Assembly (NCBI GenBank): GCA_004214275.1
Contig: SGYJ01000001.1
Location: 1-43,313, forward strand
Source of the DNA: Acidimicrobiales bacterium
GTDB taxonomy: Bacteria; Actinomycetota; Acidimicrobiia; Acidimicrobiales; Poriferisodalaceae
Reading direction: 5' to 3'
DNA: 43,313 nt
Shown: in pieces, positions 9,315 to 18,362 of the stretch
How the letters are laid out: each line of letters opens with the position of its first letter
Position numbering within the stretch: the stretch's first letter is position 1
Made by a program: the position numbers and the translations under genes
The notes under the pieces: model-generated
Database searches by the model: none
Told to the model about the DNA's origin: nothing
Seen by the model: the letters and a program-made list of their open reading frames with translations, nothing else

Positions 9315-10144
9315 CAAATCTTCAAGAATTCCAAGTCTCTGGACATGCCGGCGAACTCCATGCACGACTCTGGCAGCCTTCTTCGACACCAAGAGCTCTC
9401 GTATTCATCCTTCACGGCTACGCCGAACATGGAGGCAGATACGCCCACGTTGCCGAAGCACTAGCTGCCGCTGACCTTGCCGTACTCGCTTCAGACCACG
9501 TTGGTCACGGCCTTTCCGGCGGAGAACGCGCACTGATCACCGATTTTGGTCTTGTGGTAAACGACTTAAATGCTGTGGTTTCGGAGGCCGTTAATCGACT
9601 CGATCCCGACATACCTCTCCTCTTGGCGGGACATTCAATGGGTGGGCTGCTTGCTGCTCGATTCGTCCAACGTTGGCCAGACCGAGCTATCGGTGCGGCT
9701 TTCTTCGGCGCGGTTATAGGTGACTGGAAGTGGGCACGCGAAGTGCTCGAATTACCAGAGCTACCTCCTGAAGACTCCGATCCAATGGGGATGTCACGGG
9801 ACATCGATGTTTGTCGGGATTATGACGCCGACCCGTTGGTTTACCGCGGCTTGTACAAACGACCTTTGCTCGAGGCAGAAGTCATCGCTCTGGACGACTT
9901 CCGTGACGAGATCAACAGGATCGAAATCCCGGTGGGGTTCTTTCATGGCACGGCGGATCCATTTGTACCCTACGAAGATTCTTTACAAGCCATTCACGAC
10001 ATGCCCAGCTCAGCAAAAACAGTGCATCTTTACGAAGGAGCAAAGCACGAGCTACTAAACGAGATCAACAAAGAGGAAGTTTTAGCCGATCTTCACAACT
10101 GGATAGATGGCACTCTCATTAACTCTTCGGAAGTACCCCAATGA
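9311..10144 (+). CDS. Alpha/beta hydrolase, lysophospholipase/monoacylglycerol lipase-like
   Basis: 277 aa; HGYAEH oxyanion motif, GHSMGG nucleophile elbow, HGTAD acid, KHEL catalytic His. ATGA overlaps with both neighbours. Confidence 0.85.
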   Translation: MTNLQEFQVSGHAGELHARLWQPSSTPRALVFILHGYAEHGGRYAHVAEALAAADLAVLASDHVGHGLSGGERALITDFGLVVNDLNAVVSEAVNRLDPDIPLLLAGHSMGGLLAARFVQRWPDRAIGAAFFGAVIGDWKWAREVLELPELPPEDSDPMGMSRDIDVCRDYDADPLVYRGLYKRPLLEAEVIALDDFRDEINRIEIPVGFFHGTADPFVPYEDSLQAIHDMPSSAKTVHLYEGAKHELLNEINKEEVLADLHNWIDGTLINSSEVPQ

Positions 10145-11598
10145 GTTCGGAGGTGGGACGTCTACATGAGTCGCAACAGCTAGGGACTCACATTGCGGAG
10201 ATCCTTCGTCCTTCAACTTGGTCTGAAGCAGTCGAATTGTACGACGCTTCACCAAATGCCGTGCCGGTAGCCGGAGCTACAGACCTCCTCCTGGATCTCT
10301 CACGCACCCCTGACACCCAAGGTTCTGGAGCAATTCTCCTAGACCTTTGGGGCTTACCGGATTGTTCACAAATCACCATCAGTGACAACGACGTTGTTAT
10401 CGGCTGCGGGGTGACACACAACCAGATCATTAGTTCACCGAATTTGGATTCTGCTCTCGACATACTTCGGATGGCATGTCTAGAGATTGGGTCCCCTCAA
10501 CTTCGGAATCGTGCGACTGTCGTTGGAAACATCGTCACAGCAAGTCCCGCTAATGACACTATTTCGGCGCTGGTGGCCCTCGACGCATCTGTTCTTATTG
10601 AATCGGTTGGCGGGAGACGTGAAGTCCCAATTAGCAATTTCTTTACCGGCTTTAGGCAAACAGTATTGGCGCAGTCAGAGTTAGTTCGCTCCATCAGAAT
10701 CCCTAAGTGGAACTCACAAACTGTTGGAACGTGGTTCAAGGTAGGCAACCGGACCGCCCAAGCAATATCTGTAGTTCACGCCGGGATTGTTCTTGAGTTT
10801 GACGAAGCAACATCACTCATTACAAAGGCTGACGTTGCGATCGGAAGCGTCAGCGAAACAATCGGTGTGTCAAAGCCATTGAGTGAATACCTAGTCGGTA
10901 AAAACCTTGACGCCGAAACGTCCGCTGCGGCTGCTCGTGTTGCTGCACGCGAGATCTCGCCCATAGATGACATACGCGCCACTGCTGCCTATCGAACCGC
11001 TGTCACCGAGGCCGCTATCCGTCGAGCCCTCACGAACCTTTCCGAATTCTCTACCCCCCGGTCTGAAGTTGTTCCGTTATTGGGTTGGGTTGCTAACCGT
11101 CCAACACCTCCTCAACCAAATCTGTCGTCGGCAACGGAAATCGCTTGCGTAGTCAACGGATCCAATGTCACCGCCCAAATTGCTGCCAATTCAACGCTTC
11201 TGGAATGGTTGCGAGCCAATGCTTCTACCGGAACTAAGGAAGGTTGTGCTGAAGGTGAATGTGGGGCTTGCACTGTCATGCTCAACGGCGCTGCTGTAAC
11301 AAGCTGCTTGGTTCCAACAGCGCAAGCCGACGGATCTTCTGTCGTAACGGTTGAAGGGCTTGCTAAGGGATCAGACTTGCACCCGGTCCAACAGGGGTTC
11401 CTAGACCAATTTGCTGTGCAGTGCGGATTCTGCACACCTGGGTTTCTTGTCGCAGCTGCCGCCCTATGCGATGAAAACAACTCGCCTTCAGCTGATGAGA
11501 TACGGGTGGGACTTTCGGGCAATCTCTGCCGCTGCACCGGGTATTACTCGATAATTGAAGCTCTAAGCGGCCTACCCACGCGTCAGGACTCGTCCTGA
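10141..11598 (+). CDS. Xanthine-dehydrogenase-family FAD-binding subunit fused to a C-terminal 2x[2Fe-2S] subunit
   Basis: N-terminal AGATDL, IGSPQLRNRATVVGN, ASPAND and PIDDIRAT FAD-subunit motifs. C-terminal GTKEGCAEGECGACTV...SC and QCGFCTPG...GNLCRCTGY iron-sulfur motifs. Confidence 0.9.
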   Translation: MSSEVGRLHESQQLGTHIAEILRPSTWSEAVELYDASPNAVPVAGATDLLLDLSRTPDTQGSGAILLDLWGLPDCSQITISDNDVVIGCGVTHNQIISSPNLDSALDILRMACLEIGSPQLRNRATVVGNIVTASPANDTISALVALDASVLIESVGGRREVPISNFFTGFRQTVLAQSELVRSIRIPKWNSQTVGTWFKVGNRTAQAISVVHAGIVLEFDEATSLITKADVAIGSVSETIGVSKPLSEYLVGKNLDAETSAAAARVAAREISPIDDIRATAAYRTAVTEAAIRRALTNLSEFSTPRSEVVPLLGWVANRPTPPQPNLSSATEIACVVNGSNVTAQIAANSTLLEWLRANASTGTKEGCAEGECGACTVMLNGAAVTSCLVPTAQADGSSVVTVEGLAKGSDLHPVQQGFLDQFAVQCGFCTPGFLVAAAALCDENNSPSADEIRVGLSGNLCRCTGYYSIIEALSGLPTRQDSS

Positions 11599-13835
11599 TG
11601 GCTGTCGGGAAAACGCCTCAACGTATTGATGCCGTCGACAAAGTCACCGGTGCGGCCACATACCCCGCGGATCGTGTCCCAGACAACGCTCTGCATGCTG
11701 TTGTCGTGTTCACAAATCAGCCTCATGCTCGTCTCGTCGATCTTGATTTCACAGATACTCTCACTGCGCCTGGCGTCGTAACGGTTGTGACTGCCGCCGA
11801 TGTTCCGGTCAACGAATATGGGCTGACATTATTTGATCAACCCGTTTTCATTGGGCTCGATGACACCGGACGCAGTTCAGTCCCATGTGATGTGAGCCGA
11901 TGGGAAGCAGACCATCTCGCAGTCGTTGTTGCTGAAAATCTGCTTCAGGCCCGTGAAGCTTCTGCTTTGATCAAAGCGCAATGGGAGATTCTGCCTCTCG
12001 TTTCCGATGTCAGCACTGCGCGGTCTGATGAAGTCCTTGTCCACCCCAACTCAACGAGTAACACCTACCACGAGCTTCGAATTCGGAAAGGAGATTCTGC
12101 TCAGGGGATGGAATTAGCCGACGTGGTCATAGAGGACACGTATGAACTCCCCCACCAAGAACACGCCTATTTGCAGGTGGAAGCCGCTACTGCATGGCTA
12201 GATGACAATAAGCGCGTCACTGTTGAAACAAGCGGGCAGTGGGTTCACGAAGATAGAGAACAAATAGCTCATGCGCTGGACGTCGATCCCGAAGAGGTTC
12301 GTGTTCGGTACGCCTCAATTGGCGGCGCTTTCGGCGGTAAGGAAGACATGAGTTTACAAATCGTTATGGCCGTGACGATTAAGAAACTTGACCAGCTTGG
12401 GGTTCGGCGTCCCGTGCATTGCAATTGGACTCGCGAAGAGTCCATCGTTGGTCACCACAAACGTCATCGAGCTACTGTTCACGCTCGGTTGGGCGCTACA
12501 GCGGATGGGATTATCACTGCTGTCGAAGCAGAAGTGCTCCTTGACGCAGGCGCATACAACTACACCTCCAACAAAGTACTTGGGAACCTCCATCTATCAG
12601 TCGCCGGCGCGTATGACGTACCGAATGCTCACATAGATAGCAAAGCCATTTACACCCACAGTGTCCCCGGTGGTGCTTTTCGAGGATTCGGCGGTCCACA
12701 GGGCGCTTTTGTCGCTGAATCGCAGATGAACAAGATGGCGCATGCATTGGGGTTGGACCCGTTAGAACTTCGCAGCCGCAATGCTCTTAATGATCTGTCT
12801 GACGGAATTACCCAGTCAGGTCTTCCAGAAGGTGTCGGCGTCAATCGAGTCATAGAAGCGTGTGCCGAAAAAGCGCCAGCTGATGCCGCATTACCGCGGA
12901 CACCACCATTTCGTTCTATTGCTTCACTCCCAGCTGAAATGGGCCAGTTAAAACAGGGTCGCGGATACGCCGTTGGCATGAAGAACGTCGGTTTTAGTTT
13001 CGGGTTCCCAGAAGCCTGCGAAGCAGACGTTGTTTTCCATGGCGACCCAGATACTGATCGCCCTACCCGGGTCGAACTGTTTCACAGCGCCGCCGAAGTT
13101 GGCCAAGGTGTGCACACCGCCCTGGTACAAATGGTGGCCGACGCGGCTGACATCAGCATCAGCAACATTGACGCCATTTACAGCGATACTGCTACCGGTG
13201 GGGATTCCGGGTCGGCGTCAGCCTCTCGCCTCACATTCATGGCCGGGAATTCGGTCTTGGGTGCTGTCGAAGAAGCAGAAAAGGCATGGGCTGACGGTGC
13301 CAGACCTGCTGTGGGACATTTCCGGTACAAACCGCCAGCAACCGAAGCACTCGATCCCGAAACAGGAGTCGGGCAACCCAACTTTTGTTATGGCTACATG
13401 GCACAGGCCGTGGATTTGACTGTCGACGTTGCCACTGGCCATATACGTGTCGACCGTGTTCTTTCAATTCATGACGTTGGCAAAGTCATCCACCCTCACA
13501 TGTTGAGGGGCCAAATTGAAGGTGCTATCGCGCAGGCTCATGGATACACCCTGAGCGAACAGCTAGTGGTTGAGGAAGGAAGGATCCGAAACCCTCGTCT
13601 TTCCCAATACCTGATCCCAGGGATTGGGGACGTACCCGTCAAGGTGGAATGCCTGATTTTGGAAGCAGCTGACCCCCTTGGCCCTTGGGGTGCGCGCGGT
13701 GTTTCTGAAATGCCATACATCACCTACGCCCCGGCAGTTACAGCAGCTCTTCATGATGCAACCGGTGTTTGGATGAACACTTTTCCTCTAACACCATCGG
13801 TAGTTCTCGAACACCTAAGCGCCGCGAGTGGTTAG
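11598..13835 (+). CDS. Xanthine-dehydrogenase-family molybdopterin-binding (large) subunit
   Basis: 745 aa; KVTGAATY, EHAYLQ, GGAFGGKE, GAFRGFG, EVGQG, SASASR, GQIEG, GARGVSE (catalytic Glu). TGATG overlap with the upstream gene. Confidence 0.92.
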   Translation: MAVGKTPQRIDAVDKVTGAATYPADRVPDNALHAVVVFTNQPHARLVDLDFTDTLTAPGVVTVVTAADVPVNEYGLTLFDQPVFIGLDDTGRSSVPCDVSRWEADHLAVVVAENLLQAREASALIKAQWEILPLVSDVSTARSDEVLVHPNSTSNTYHELRIRKGDSAQGMELADVVIEDTYELPHQEHAYLQVEAATAWLDDNKRVTVETSGQWVHEDREQIAHALDVDPEEVRVRYASIGGAFGGKEDMSLQIVMAVTIKKLDQLGVRRPVHCNWTREESIVGHHKRHRATVHARLGATADGIITAVEAEVLLDAGAYNYTSNKVLGNLHLSVAGAYDVPNAHIDSKAIYTHSVPGGAFRGFGGPQGAFVAESQMNKMAHALGLDPLELRSRNALNDLSDGITQSGLPEGVGVNRVIEACAEKAPADAALPRTPPFRSIASLPAEMGQLKQGRGYAVGMKNVGFSFGFPEACEADVVFHGDPDTDRPTRVELFHSAAEVGQGVHTALVQMVADAADISISNIDAIYSDTATGGDSGSASASRLTFMAGNSVLGAVEEAEKAWADGARPAVGHFRYKPPATEALDPETGVGQPNFCYGYMAQAVDLTVDVATGHIRVDRVLSIHDVGKVIHPHMLRGQIEGAIAQAHGYTLSEQLVVEEGRIRNPRLSQYLIPGIGDVPVKVECLILEAADPLGPWGARGVSEMPYITYAPAVTAALHDATGVWMNTFPLTPSVVLEHLSAASG

Positions 13836-14884
13836 GGCATAGCTTCAAGTCTCGTGAACAGGCGTTGAGCCTGTTCGGACGCCTTTGCTCGTACTTCCTG
13901 TGCATCGACTCGAGTGGCAACCCCGTCGTTCAAAACAAGTTCGCCACTAATTTCCACCAATCTAGGGTGAATATTGGTGTGGAATGCGAGTCGCCATGGG
14001 TCGATTGGTTCGTCGGACCAGACCACCCGGTCTTGCAGGGCTTCGGGGATTAACTGGTAGCCGCCTTGCAGAAATCCCCATGCCGTTTCAGGAGTTGCTG
14101 TGACGTCATATTCCCTCATCCGTGCGTAGGCGACTCGAAACTCGTCAAACATGGCAGCACCAATACCATCAGTCCCTAACGCAACCGGCAGACCGAGCCG
14201 CTGGGGCGCTGCATAGCCGACGGAATTATTCATATTGGATCGGGGGTTATGGACGATGGTCCCACTCAGTTCATGATTGTCAGAGAGATGAACGCCATGG
14301 ACCAAGAGCCAACTATCTTCGCTTAAGTCTCGCAGCCGCGATGCCGCGTCGACGTCATCGGCTCCTTCGGCGACATGTATATGAACTCCAACCCCGTAGG
14401 AGTTCGCCAGTTCGGTCGCTGCAACCAGCGTGTCGTTCTCACAAGTAAACGCAGCATGTACACCAACCATCCCATGGCCGCCGCTAGCTAAGAACCGTGA
14501 ATTTTCTTCTAGGCCTTTAGTTGCTCCTTCTGTCCCGTGGCGGTCGGTCACCCCATAGGAACACACCACCCGAACTCCTACTTCTGCACAAGCATCAGCG
14601 ATTACATCTAACGATCCTTCAATGGCGTTCGGTGATTCATGGTGATCAATGATTGCCGTCGTGCCAGATTCGATTGCTTCCAGCGCCCCTAATTTTGCGG
14701 ACCATTCCAACATTTCTAGGTCCAGTGCTTGGTCAAGTCGCCACCAAACAAGTTCTAAAATTTCACGGAAAGATCCAGGGGTTCGCGGAGGTGCAGGCAT
14801 ACCACGGGCCAATGAACTGTATAAGTGATGGTGCGCACATACGAGCCCAGTCGTCTCGTTTGGTTGCAGACCGGTCAAGTCCAC
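13832..14884 (-). CDS. SsnA-like amidohydrolase (short form)
   Basis: 350 aa; GLVCAHHHLYSSLARGMP, WWRLDQALD, GTTAIIDHHESP, GVHAAFT, HIHVAE, HNPRSNMNN and LGTDG motifs characteristic of SsnA. Confidence 0.8.
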   Translation of the reverse strand: MDLTGLQPNETTGLVCAHHHLYSSLARGMPAPPRTPGSFREILELVWWRLDQALDLEMLEWSAKLGALEAIESGTTAIIDHHESPNAIEGSLDVIADACAEVGVRVVCSYGVTDRHGTEGATKGLEENSRFLASGGHGMVGVHAAFTCENDTLVAATELANSYGVGVHIHVAEGADDVDAASRLRDLSEDSWLLVHGVHLSDNHELSGTIVHNPRSNMNNSVGYAAPQRLGLPVALGTDGIGAAMFDEFRVAYARMREYDVTATPETAWGFLQGGYQLIPEALQDRVVWSDEPIDPWRLAFHTNIHPRLVEISGELVLNDGVATRVDAQEVRAKASEQAQRLFTRLEAMP

Positions 14885-17448
14885 GCGCTGGCTCGTTCAC
14901 GGTTAGCGACATTCCGGATTGGCAACTCAGTGGGCCAGGAATCATCATATGAACGTATCGCTGCGGCTACCGCGCCGGCAGTTGGGACTAACCCAATCTC
15001 GCCTACTCCTTTAATGCCGTAAGGCGCCCCTGGTTGAGGTGATTCGACGATAATTACTTCAACTGGAGGCATATCTTTGGGTCGGATGATATCCAGACCG
15101 CGAAGGGTGGTATTTGTTGGGCGCCCAGATGGATCTGTTGGGAAGCCTTCGGTAAGCGAGTACCCCAGCCCCATGTGCACTGCCCCTTCAATTTGTCCCT
15201 CACACAGCTGCGGGTTGACAGCACGGCCGACATCGTGGGCAGCGACGACGTTCTGGACTTCCCCGTTATCTGGGTTGAGGATGACGAGTTGTGACGCGTA
15301 TCCAAAAGTGGAGTGAATAACAGGATTTTCTAGTCCCTCGTTGAGCGAATTTGTCCAATTAATTCGATAGGTACCTTCGTAATCGATACCGATCTGGCAA
15401 CCGTCGAGTAGCGCTCTTTGGCAGGCATCTTGGACGGCCCCTGCGCCCATGAGTGTGCCACGACTGCCTGTGGTTTGTCCTGCTCCCAGTTCACGAGTTG
15501 AGTCGACGATGACCTTTATTTGTTCAGCTGCGACACCGAGTTCTTCAACTGCTACTTGGAGTGCCACGTTGTGGACGCCCTGACCCATCTCGGTCCAGCA
15601 ATGTCGAACTTCGACGGCGCCGTCTTCTTCAAACCTAACTACTGCTTTAGCTATCTCATCGAAACCATTCCCAAGACCGGAATTCTTTAATCCAAGGCCA
15701 ACACCAACGGGCAGCCCTGCCTGAACAGCTTCGTCATAGGCGGGCTTTACTGCATCAAGACATTCTCGAGCTCCGAGGCATCCGTCGTCCATGATTTGGC
15801 CGGGGCCCCATACATCGCCTGGGTTTACGACGTTTCGTGATCGGATTTCCCAACCACTGATACCGACTTTTTCGGCCAACCTGTCCATAATCCCTTCCAT
15901 GGCAAACTGGGCTTGGTTTGCACCAAACCCTCTGAAAGCTCCACATACAGAGTTATTTGTCCGTGCCGCGATCGCTTCAACGTCTACTGCCTGAAGCGCG
16001 TAAGGCCCTGTTGCATGGCCGGCAGCTCGCTCTAAAACTTTCATGCCGACTGAGGCGTATGGCCCAGAATCCCCGAGCATTCTTGCTCGTAGGGCGATCA
16101 GTTTTCCATTTGCGTCGCATCCAGCTTCATACGTCATTCGAATTGGGTGACGCTTCGGGTGCATCAGCAGCGATTGTTCTCTAGAAAGCGTGATCTGGAC
16201 AGGTTTGTCGAGAAGCCACGCAGCTAACGCCGTGTGCGCTTGATTCGACATATCTTCTTTACCGCCAAAAGCCCCCCCATTGCTGACGAGTTCCGTGGTT
16301 ACGAGAGATGCGTCAACACCTAGGACGCGAGCTATGTCGTCGCGGTCGTCCCAAATTCCTTGACCACCTGTGTAGACGTAAAGGCCATCTCCGGTAGGTG
16401 TCGCAAGTGTTGACTCTGGCTCCAGAAATGCATGTTCAACTCGTTGGGTTTGAAAAGTCTCGCAGACCACGTGGGCGGAGCTTTCCAGACCTAAGTCAAC
16501 ATCTCCTCGTTGATATGAGGACGTCGATAACGTGTTTCCTTCAAGACCCCAGACCGCGTTTTCGTCACTCTCAATAACTCGAATTGGGTCAGTCATTGGT
16601 TCATAGACTTGATAGTCAATCTCAATCGTTGCTGTTGCTTCGACAGCAGTCGCTCTATCAACAGCAACGACAACTGCAAGAACGTCTCCGAGGTAGGAAG
16701 TACGTCCTCCTTCGGGGATCATGACCGGCCAATCTTTGTGGATCAGGCCAACTTTCAGTTCGCCAGGAATGTCCGCGGCTGTGAAAACAGCAACCACGCC
16801 GTCCATGGCCAGTGCTACTTCTGTCTTAATCTTGAGTATGTCTGCTCTCGCGTGATCGCTGAGTTTCAACGCCCCATGAAGCAGGCCGTCAACCTCCATG
16901 TCATCTATAAAAGGTCTCGTCCCTGCTGCCAAGGCAGCTGCCTCGTATTTCGTTCCACCGGATCCGACACCTTTGGGAGCTTGAGGTTCGGGAACAACTC
17001 CCTTCGCTAAATCTTGGATGGCATCGAGGATCTTTATATAACCGGTGCATCTGCAGAGATGAGCGCCGAGGTGCCGCGCGCTTTCGTCCCGGGTAAGCGC
17101 TTCGCCCTTCTTTTCTATGAGCGCCTTAGCGCGTACCAAGATGCCGGGGATACAAAACCCGCATTGCAAAGCTCCGTGTGCAGCAAAGCTGTCGCAGTAA
17201 CGTTGGAGTTCTGCATCGTCGAATCCTTCGAGTGTGGTTACGTTCTCACCGTTGGTTCGTTCTAACGAGGTTTGGCACGCTACTCGGGCCTTATCCCCTA
17301 CCAACACGGTGCATGCACCACACTGACCCGACGGCGCGCATCCATCTTTGGCGGAGATAACCCCAAGTTCATCTCGGAGTGCTCCTAATAGATGTTCGTG
17401 ATCTTCAGAGACGACTACCTCTTCGCCATTAAGTTCGAACGCGGTCAT
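14875..17448 (-). CDS. Fused [2Fe-2S]-molybdopterin protein of the selenium-dependent xanthine dehydrogenase type
   Basis: 857 aa; N-terminal KDGCAPSGQCGACTV and QCGFCIPG...LCRCTGY. Moco domain with EHAFLEPE, GGAFGGKED, VLERAAGHATGPY, GAFRGFG, TTGSR and GIKGVGEIG. Length and architecture match the fused Se-dependent XDH type; selenium dependence itself is inferred. Confidence 0.85.
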   Translation of the reverse strand: MTAFELNGEEVVVSEDHEHLLGALRDELGVISAKDGCAPSGQCGACTVLVGDKARVACQTSLERTNGENVTTLEGFDDAELQRYCDSFAAHGALQCGFCIPGILVRAKALIEKKGEALTRDESARHLGAHLCRCTGYIKILDAIQDLAKGVVPEPQAPKGVGSGGTKYEAAALAAGTRPFIDDMEVDGLLHGALKLSDHARADILKIKTEVALAMDGVVAVFTAADIPGELKVGLIHKDWPVMIPEGGRTSYLGDVLAVVVAVDRATAVEATATIEIDYQVYEPMTDPIRVIESDENAVWGLEGNTLSTSSYQRGDVDLGLESSAHVVCETFQTQRVEHAFLEPESTLATPTGDGLYVYTGGQGIWDDRDDIARVLGVDASLVTTELVSNGGAFGGKEDMSNQAHTALAAWLLDKPVQITLSREQSLLMHPKRHPIRMTYEAGCDANGKLIALRARMLGDSGPYASVGMKVLERAAGHATGPYALQAVDVEAIAARTNNSVCGAFRGFGANQAQFAMEGIMDRLAEKVGISGWEIRSRNVVNPGDVWGPGQIMDDGCLGARECLDAVKPAYDEAVQAGLPVGVGLGLKNSGLGNGFDEIAKAVVRFEEDGAVEVRHCWTEMGQGVHNVALQVAVEELGVAAEQIKVIVDSTRELGAGQTTGSRGTLMGAGAVQDACQRALLDGCQIGIDYEGTYRINWTNSLNEGLENPVIHSTFGYASQLVILNPDNGEVQNVVAAHDVGRAVNPQLCEGQIEGAVHMGLGYSLTEGFPTDPSGRPTNTTLRGLDIIRPKDMPPVEVIIVESPQPGAPYGIKGVGEIGLVPTAGAVAAAIRSYDDSWPTELPIRNVANRERASAWT

Positions 17449-18362
17449 TGGTCTGTCTTTGGCCGTGTAATTAATTCGTACATTTCAGGTCGTCGATACC
17501 GATCAAAGTCGAAAAGAGTGTTCTTGTAGTGTTTGCACCAATCGAGGTCACAATCAGCTACGACTAGTTCATCATCGGTGGTTGTTGCTTGAGCGACAAT
17601 TTGTCCTGATGGTGCGATAATCACCGACTCAGCTAGAGAATCAACGCCTTCTTCGATACCTCCCTTTGCGACTCCAACGACCCAGGTTCCGTTTTGGTAT
17701 GCGCCTGCTTGCATCACTAATTGATTGTGGAACGACTGCAAAGGATTTTGTGACGGGTCAGGGGCGTAGTGCATGGGGGTGTTGTAGCCAATAAGAATCA
17801 TCTCAGCGTTTTGCAGCGCCATGACCCGGTATGTCTCGGGCCAACGGCGGTCATTGCACAGAGCCATCCCAATGATGCCGTCAAACGCCTCCCAAACCCC
17901 GAACCCATCGGGTCCTTCTTTGAAATAACGACGTTCCAAGTGTTGGAATGGACGCTCAGGTTCGTGTTCTTCGTGACCGGGCAAGTGCACCTTTCGGTAT
18001 TTGCCAACAAGCGAGCCACTTTCATCTACGAGAACTGAAGTGTTGTAGCGCTCTCCTTCTGGGGTTAATTCCGCATATCCAAGGTAGAAGCCGATACCAA
18101 GGGCCTTTGCTTCATCAAATAGCCGTTGCGTTTCAGGACCGGGCATTTGAGTCTCGTAATACGAGTCCAACTCCTGAGGATCGTCGTCCAAATACCATCG
18201 AGGGAAAAAGGTAGTGAGCGCCAACTCGGGGAACACAACTAGTCCACAGTCTTCAGCGTTGGCTTCTCTCATCAAAACAATTAATCGGTCCACAACTTCG
18301 CGTCTTGTGGTGTCTCTCATTATCGGCCCCAGTTGCGCGGCACCTACCCGTAATGACCTCAC
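17445..18362 (-). CDS. N-carbamoyl-D-amino-acid hydrolase-like protein (nitrilase superfamily)
   Basis: 305 aa; E-K-C triad in FPELALTTFFPRW, KYRKVHLPGH and LCNDRRWPE; QAGAYQNG and RRPEMY, closely resembling D-carbamoylase. Confidence 0.88.
   Translation of the reverse strand: MRSLRVGAAQLGPIMRDTTRREVVDRLIVLMREANAEDCGLVVFPELALTTFFPRWYLDDDPQELDSYYETQMPGPETQRLFDEAKALGIGFYLGYAELTPEGERYNTSVLVDESGSLVGKYRKVHLPGHEEHEPERPFQHLERRYFKEGPDGFGVWEAFDGIIGMALCNDRRWPETYRVMALQNAEMILIGYNTPMHYAPDPSQNPLQSFHNQLVMQAGAYQNGTWVVGVAKGGIEEGVDSLAESVIIAPSGQIVAQATTTDDELVVADCDLDWCKHYKNTLFDFDRYRRPEMYELITRPKTDQ

Noticed and set aside
14885-14905. In-frame TGA upstream of the SsnA-like gene as possible selenocysteine read-through
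   Set aside because: A TAA lies two codons further upstream in the same frame, and the region is the XDH C-terminal coding sequence.
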